Shown piece after piece: positions 59,113-64,000 of a stretch of DNA of 64,000 nt (position 1 is the first letter of the stretch; every line of letters starts with the position of its first letter). The stretch is from NCBI RefSeq assembly GCF_009914755.1, contig NC_060927.1. One strand, given 5' to 3'. The notes under the pieces were generated by a model. It did no database searches and had not been told where the DNA came from. It was given only the letters and a program-made list of their open reading frames with translations. Source of the DNA: the human T2T-CHM13v2.0 reference genome, Homo sapiens. The translations under genes were made by a program, and so were the position numbers.

Positions 59113-61135
59113 CCTTCCTTTCACCATATACAAAAATCAACTCAAGATGGATGAAGGACTTATGTAAGTCCCAAAACTATATAAACCCTAGAAGAAAACT
59201 TAGGAAATATCATTCTGGACATAGACGCAGGCAAATATTTCATGATGAAGATTCCAAAGCAATTGCAACAAGAAGAATTGACGAGTGGGACCTAATGAAA
59301 CTAAAGAGCTTCAGCACAGCAAAAGAAACTATCAACAGAGAACACCCTACAGAACAGAAGAAAATATTTTCAAATTACATATCTGAAAAAGGTCTAATAC
59401 TTAGCATGTATAAAGAATCAATAAGCAAAAAACAAACCCACTACAAATAGGCAAAGAACATGAGCCCCCACATTCACCATCCTCAAGTCCATGTGCAACT
59501 TCTTTCTGGATGCTGGACAAGGACTTGGGTACCAAGAGGGCACTGAACGGGTTAACACTTAAGCCGTCTGTGGATTCTATTTTCAAAAGACAACGTATGT
59601 ATGGCAAACAACCATATGAAAAAATACTCAACATCACTAATCATCAGAAAATCAGAACCATGAGATACCATATCACACCGGCCAGAATGGCTATTATTAA
59701 AAAATCAAAATATAACAGACGGTGCCGAGTTTGTGGAAAAAAGGGAATGCTTATACACTGCTGGTGGTGATATAGAAAGGAGACAGGGAAATACTGGGTA
59801 GAAGAGAGTGGTTCCCTGGCAAAGCCCTGTCCACAAGCCTGGAAACCCATGGCTCTAAATGGGAACAGGCATTCCTGCTTTTGCACCCAAAAGTTGTCTT
59901 TCAGCTCACCATGCAACCCCTGTCCTGTACCCTTATATGCCCCAGACCCCAGGCTCCAGAAGCAGACAAGCAGATGAGGAGATGAACAGAAGAGCAGAAT
60001 TGCAGAATGATGTGGCAGAAAGAAGAGAAGGAGCATCTGAATGCCAAGAGGAGTTTGGCTGGCAGTGGTTGGAGAGATCAGCCTCTGGATGGCAAAGCTC
60101 CCAGGGAAGATCATCTTCCCATTCCATCCCCTTTCCAGCTCCCCATCCATCCCGTTGACTGCCACCTCCACCACTCAATAAAACCCCCACATTCACCATC
60201 CTCAAGTCTGTGTGCAACTTAATTCTTTCTGGATGCTGGACAAGGAACTGGGTACCAAGAGGGCACTGAACAGGTTAACACTTAAACCGTCTGTGGATGG
60301 CAAAGCTAAAAGAGTGCACTGTAACACATGCCCACTTGGGCTGTGGGAGTCGCAGGAACCCACCCCTAGACAGTACCATGGCCTCTTGCCCTGCCTATTG
60401 CACCTGCCTGTCTGCATGCTCCCCTGCCCAGTAAGGGGTTTGACAGCAAACACGGTGGCCAGACAAGCCACACCCCTGTTGCACATCCTGCCAAGGGGAG
60501 TCAGGGAAGTCTCCAGTTTCATCAGGAATGTAAATTTGTTCAGCCATTGTGGAAAGCAGTTTGGAGATTTCTGAAATAACTTAAAACAGAAGTACCATTC
60601 AACCCAGCAATCCCATTATTGGGTATATACCCAAAGGAATATAAATCATTCTGTCATAGACATATGCACACATATTTTCATTATAACACTATTCACAATA
60701 GCAAAGACACGGAATCAACTTAGATGCCTGTTAACAGAAGACTGGATTAAAAAAATGCAGCGTACATACACCATGGAATACTACACACCTATAAAATAGG
60801 ATGAAATGATGTCTTTTGCAGCAACATGAATGGAGCTGGAGACCATTATTCTAAGTGAATTAATGCAGGAACAGAAAACCAAACAAACACTGCATGTTCT
60901 CACTTATAAGTGGGGGCTAAACATTGAGTCCACATGGACACAGAGAAAGGAACAATAGACACAAGGTCTACTGTGGGTGGAGGGTGGGGGGGGAGAGTGA
61001 GGATCAAAAAACTCCCTATTAGATACTACGTTCACTACCTGGATGACTACCTAATCTGTACACCAAATCCCATTGACACACATTTTACCCATATAATAAA
61101 CCTGCACATGTACCCGCTGAACCTAAAATAAATGT
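59113..61135 (+). mobile_element. L1 (L1PB/older L1PA type) 3' part, interrupted by MER50
   Basis: ORF2 motifs ([25 protein letters not shown]) and 3'UTR ending aacctaaaataaa. Confidence 0.88.
59768..60521 (+). mobile_element. MER50-type ERV1 solo LTR
   Basis: TGATA..GGAGACAGGGAAATACTGGGTAGAAGAG start, ..CAGTTTCA end. Confidence 0.8.
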
Positions 61136-62977
61136 TGGAAGGAAATAAAGTTACAACCAACTCTTGTACTATTGTGAGGAAACAATCATATGAGTTGACA
61201 AAAAATCAGCTACTAATAGATTTATAATAGTATATATGTAGCAGAAAAATATCAGATATAACTTATATACCCAAAAGTATGACTTAAAAACAGCATGACA
61301 ATCTTTATGATGGGATATTGTGCAACTACAAGAAGCACATTTTCAGAGATTATTTATTAACATATGATAATGACTACATTGAGTGGTTTTTAGAAGCATG
61401 AATTGAAACCATGTATAAGCATGAATTTATTGAACTTATATATAACATTACACACACATTTACATAATTATAAAATAAGTATGCTCATGTTCATAATATG
61501 TATTTATTTATATTCATATGTAAGGCCAATAGGAAGTAATCTCTGTATCTGAGTTATTATTTCATAAATAATTTATGCTTGTTCTGTGAAAATACAAACA
61601 CTGCTATGGATCTTCCAAGTATCCTGAAAGGATACCGTTTATAATTAAACAATAACAATTTTAGAAATAATTATTTTAAATAAGGCTATGATAAATCTGG
61701 TTTCATTGCACACTTTAACTTTGGAACATTTCATGAAGCGTCCCTTGATCACGACTCCCATATTCAGGAGTTTTTTGAGATCAAAATGGGACAATCAGTA
61801 TGAATCTATTTTTTAGACATGCAAATGGATAACTTTAAATAGCAGTAGCGATATAATCAGAGTGCACAGTTGCTCTGGGACAAAACTTGGAAATGAGCAT
61901 ATTTTTAGATTCTTAATGTTTTACACACTTTAGCATTCCACAGCACCATTACATACTCATTTTTCTACTAGAATACCTTGGTAAAAATTCACAGTAGAGA
62001 TCAGGCTTGTCCTTCATACATTAACTAATCAAGTAGGAAACTGCAAATGAGAACACAGTGCCAAACATAGGCACCACATGGAAACAAGCATGGAACTGCC
62101 AGGAAGCCATTTTTGTAGCTTTGTAGCCCAATTATATTTTTCCTAATGTATTGCACACAAAACTTGGGGGAAAAAAAAGAGGCAGAGAGAAAACAGGTTA
62201 TATCAGCCCTATCTCACAATCCACAAGTTCATCCTATTAGAGGAGTAACTATGTAAAACAAATTTTATCTGTTGAATGTCCTATTTAGTTAATCGCAAAA
62301 CTGTATGAGAACACACTTGTGACTTATTTAGCAGCTTGTTTTTTCGCTTTCCACTGGCTTCACAAATGTCCTTTGGAAATAGAATGTACATTTGGAACCT
62401 TGTACACCTTTTCTTTCTCCAGTACCCTGTTGTCACTTCCATCACTAAGGTGACAGAAGCAACTAGGGGCAATGCATTTGTAGCACCCCTGGGTCAGAGG
62501 TATCCTCCAGGGGAAGGATCAGACCTGCTTGAAAGCATGTCGTTGGAATTGGGAGGCTTCTAGTAGCTATAACATAAGCACTGATGTTTACTGTTCCCTG
62601 CCCTCCACTTTGATCACTCTGGGAAACGTTTTTTTTTTAAAAATCAATTGTATTGAAACATAATTTACATAAAATAAATACTATTTTAAAGTGCACAGTT
62701 TGCTGAGTTTTGCCAGATGTAACCATCCAGGTGAATAAAATTGATTAAACTGATCTTTCAAATAATAAATTAACTTTGCAATCTTGCTAGAAATTTAATT
62801 TGTTCACAGTTTATTATCCATTGTATGTACTGCTACATTCAATTGGTTATTATGTTTTAAGGACTTTTGAGTCTATGTTTATGAGGGATAAACATCAAAG
62901 TTGTATAATGCCTTTGTCTCGATTTGGAATCGGCAATACTGGGTTCATAAAATAAGACAGGAAGTGTCCCTTTAAAT

Positions 62978-63289
<312 letters not shown>

Positions 63290-63335
63290 CTTAAATTCTA
63301 TTTCTTAAAAAGAGTCCGTTCAAGATTGATATTAT

Positions 63336-63680
63336 AGATACTCCTCAACTTACAATTGTCTTATGTCTTAATGAACTCATCCTAAATTGAAAATATTGTA
63401 AGTCTAAAACGCATTTAATATATTTAACCTACTGAATATCATGACTTAGCCTCACCTACCTTAAACTTGCTCAGAACACTTACATTATCCTACAATTGGG
63501 CAAAATCATCTACCACAAGGCCCATTTTAAAATATTCAGTATCTCATGAAATTTATTGAAAACTATACTGATAGTGAAAAACTGGTCATATTGATGCTCA
63601 TCATTAATGTACACAGATGAAAGCACCATTATCAAGTCAGAAGAGCACAAGTCAAACCACTGTAAGTTGAGGATTCTCTG
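63336..63680 (+). mobile_element. MER47A (Tigger-derived MITE) within old minus-strand L1 fragments
   Basis: ctcctcaacttac ... gtaagttgaggat TIRs and internal consensus match. Confidence 0.8.
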
Positions 63681-64000
63681 TACTTTCTTAAATGTTTGAT
63701 AGAATTCACCTAAGAAAGCATGTAGCCTATAATTATAGAAATCTTTTTAAATTAAAAAAATTCTTCAATACATAGAGAAGCTATTACTTTTTCTATTTCA
63801 TTTTGCATCCGTTTTAGGAATTAGTTTTACAAATAATTTCCCATGTTATTTTAATTGTCAAATGTATTGGCCTAAAGTTTTCATAATTATATTGATGTCT
63901 GTAGGTTCTGTAGTTACATCCTCTATTTAATTCCCATTATCTACATTATGTAGCTTCTCTAATTTTTTTCGAGATAAATCTTGCTAGCCATTGTTTATTA

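Noticed and set aside
59644-60574. Longest ORFs in the window (up to 176 aa)
   Set aside because: Chance frames across the MER50 LTR and L1.

Overview
Human (an AluYa5 is present) repeat-rich genomic DNA with the mosaic look of a pericentromeric segmental duplication. It contains no intact protein-coding gene. (1) ~2.9-45.7 kb: a minus-strand, unprocessed ANKRD20A-family (ANKRD26/ANKRD18/CCDC144 superfamily) pseudogene. Its exons can be traced by splice sites and translation. The ankyrin-repeat 5' exons are missing, with a probable duplicon break inside a truncated LTR at ~45.74 kb. It carries frameshifts, a nonsense codon and a dead donor, and its introns hold two decayed CCDC144-type exons. 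(2) ~45.7-50.2 kb: unrelated sequence with MER33, a young AluYa5 and a truncated MLT2 LTR. (3) 50.2-59.1 kb: a ~70-76 bp SATR1/SATR2-type satellite array whose unit contains a ~34 bp palindrome. The array flips orientation three times. A 2.9 kb rearranged three-piece NUMT (12S / COX1-tRNA YCNA cluster / COX3-tRNA-Gly-ND3) sits at the centre of one palindrome. (4) 59.1-64 kb: L1, MER50, Alu and MER47A. I found no evidence of a new coding system. The most interesting signal is structural: rearrangement junctions and mtDNA capture cluster at the satellite's dyad axes. Family assignments come from my recall of consensus and protein sequences, not from database searches. Repeat boundaries are approximate.
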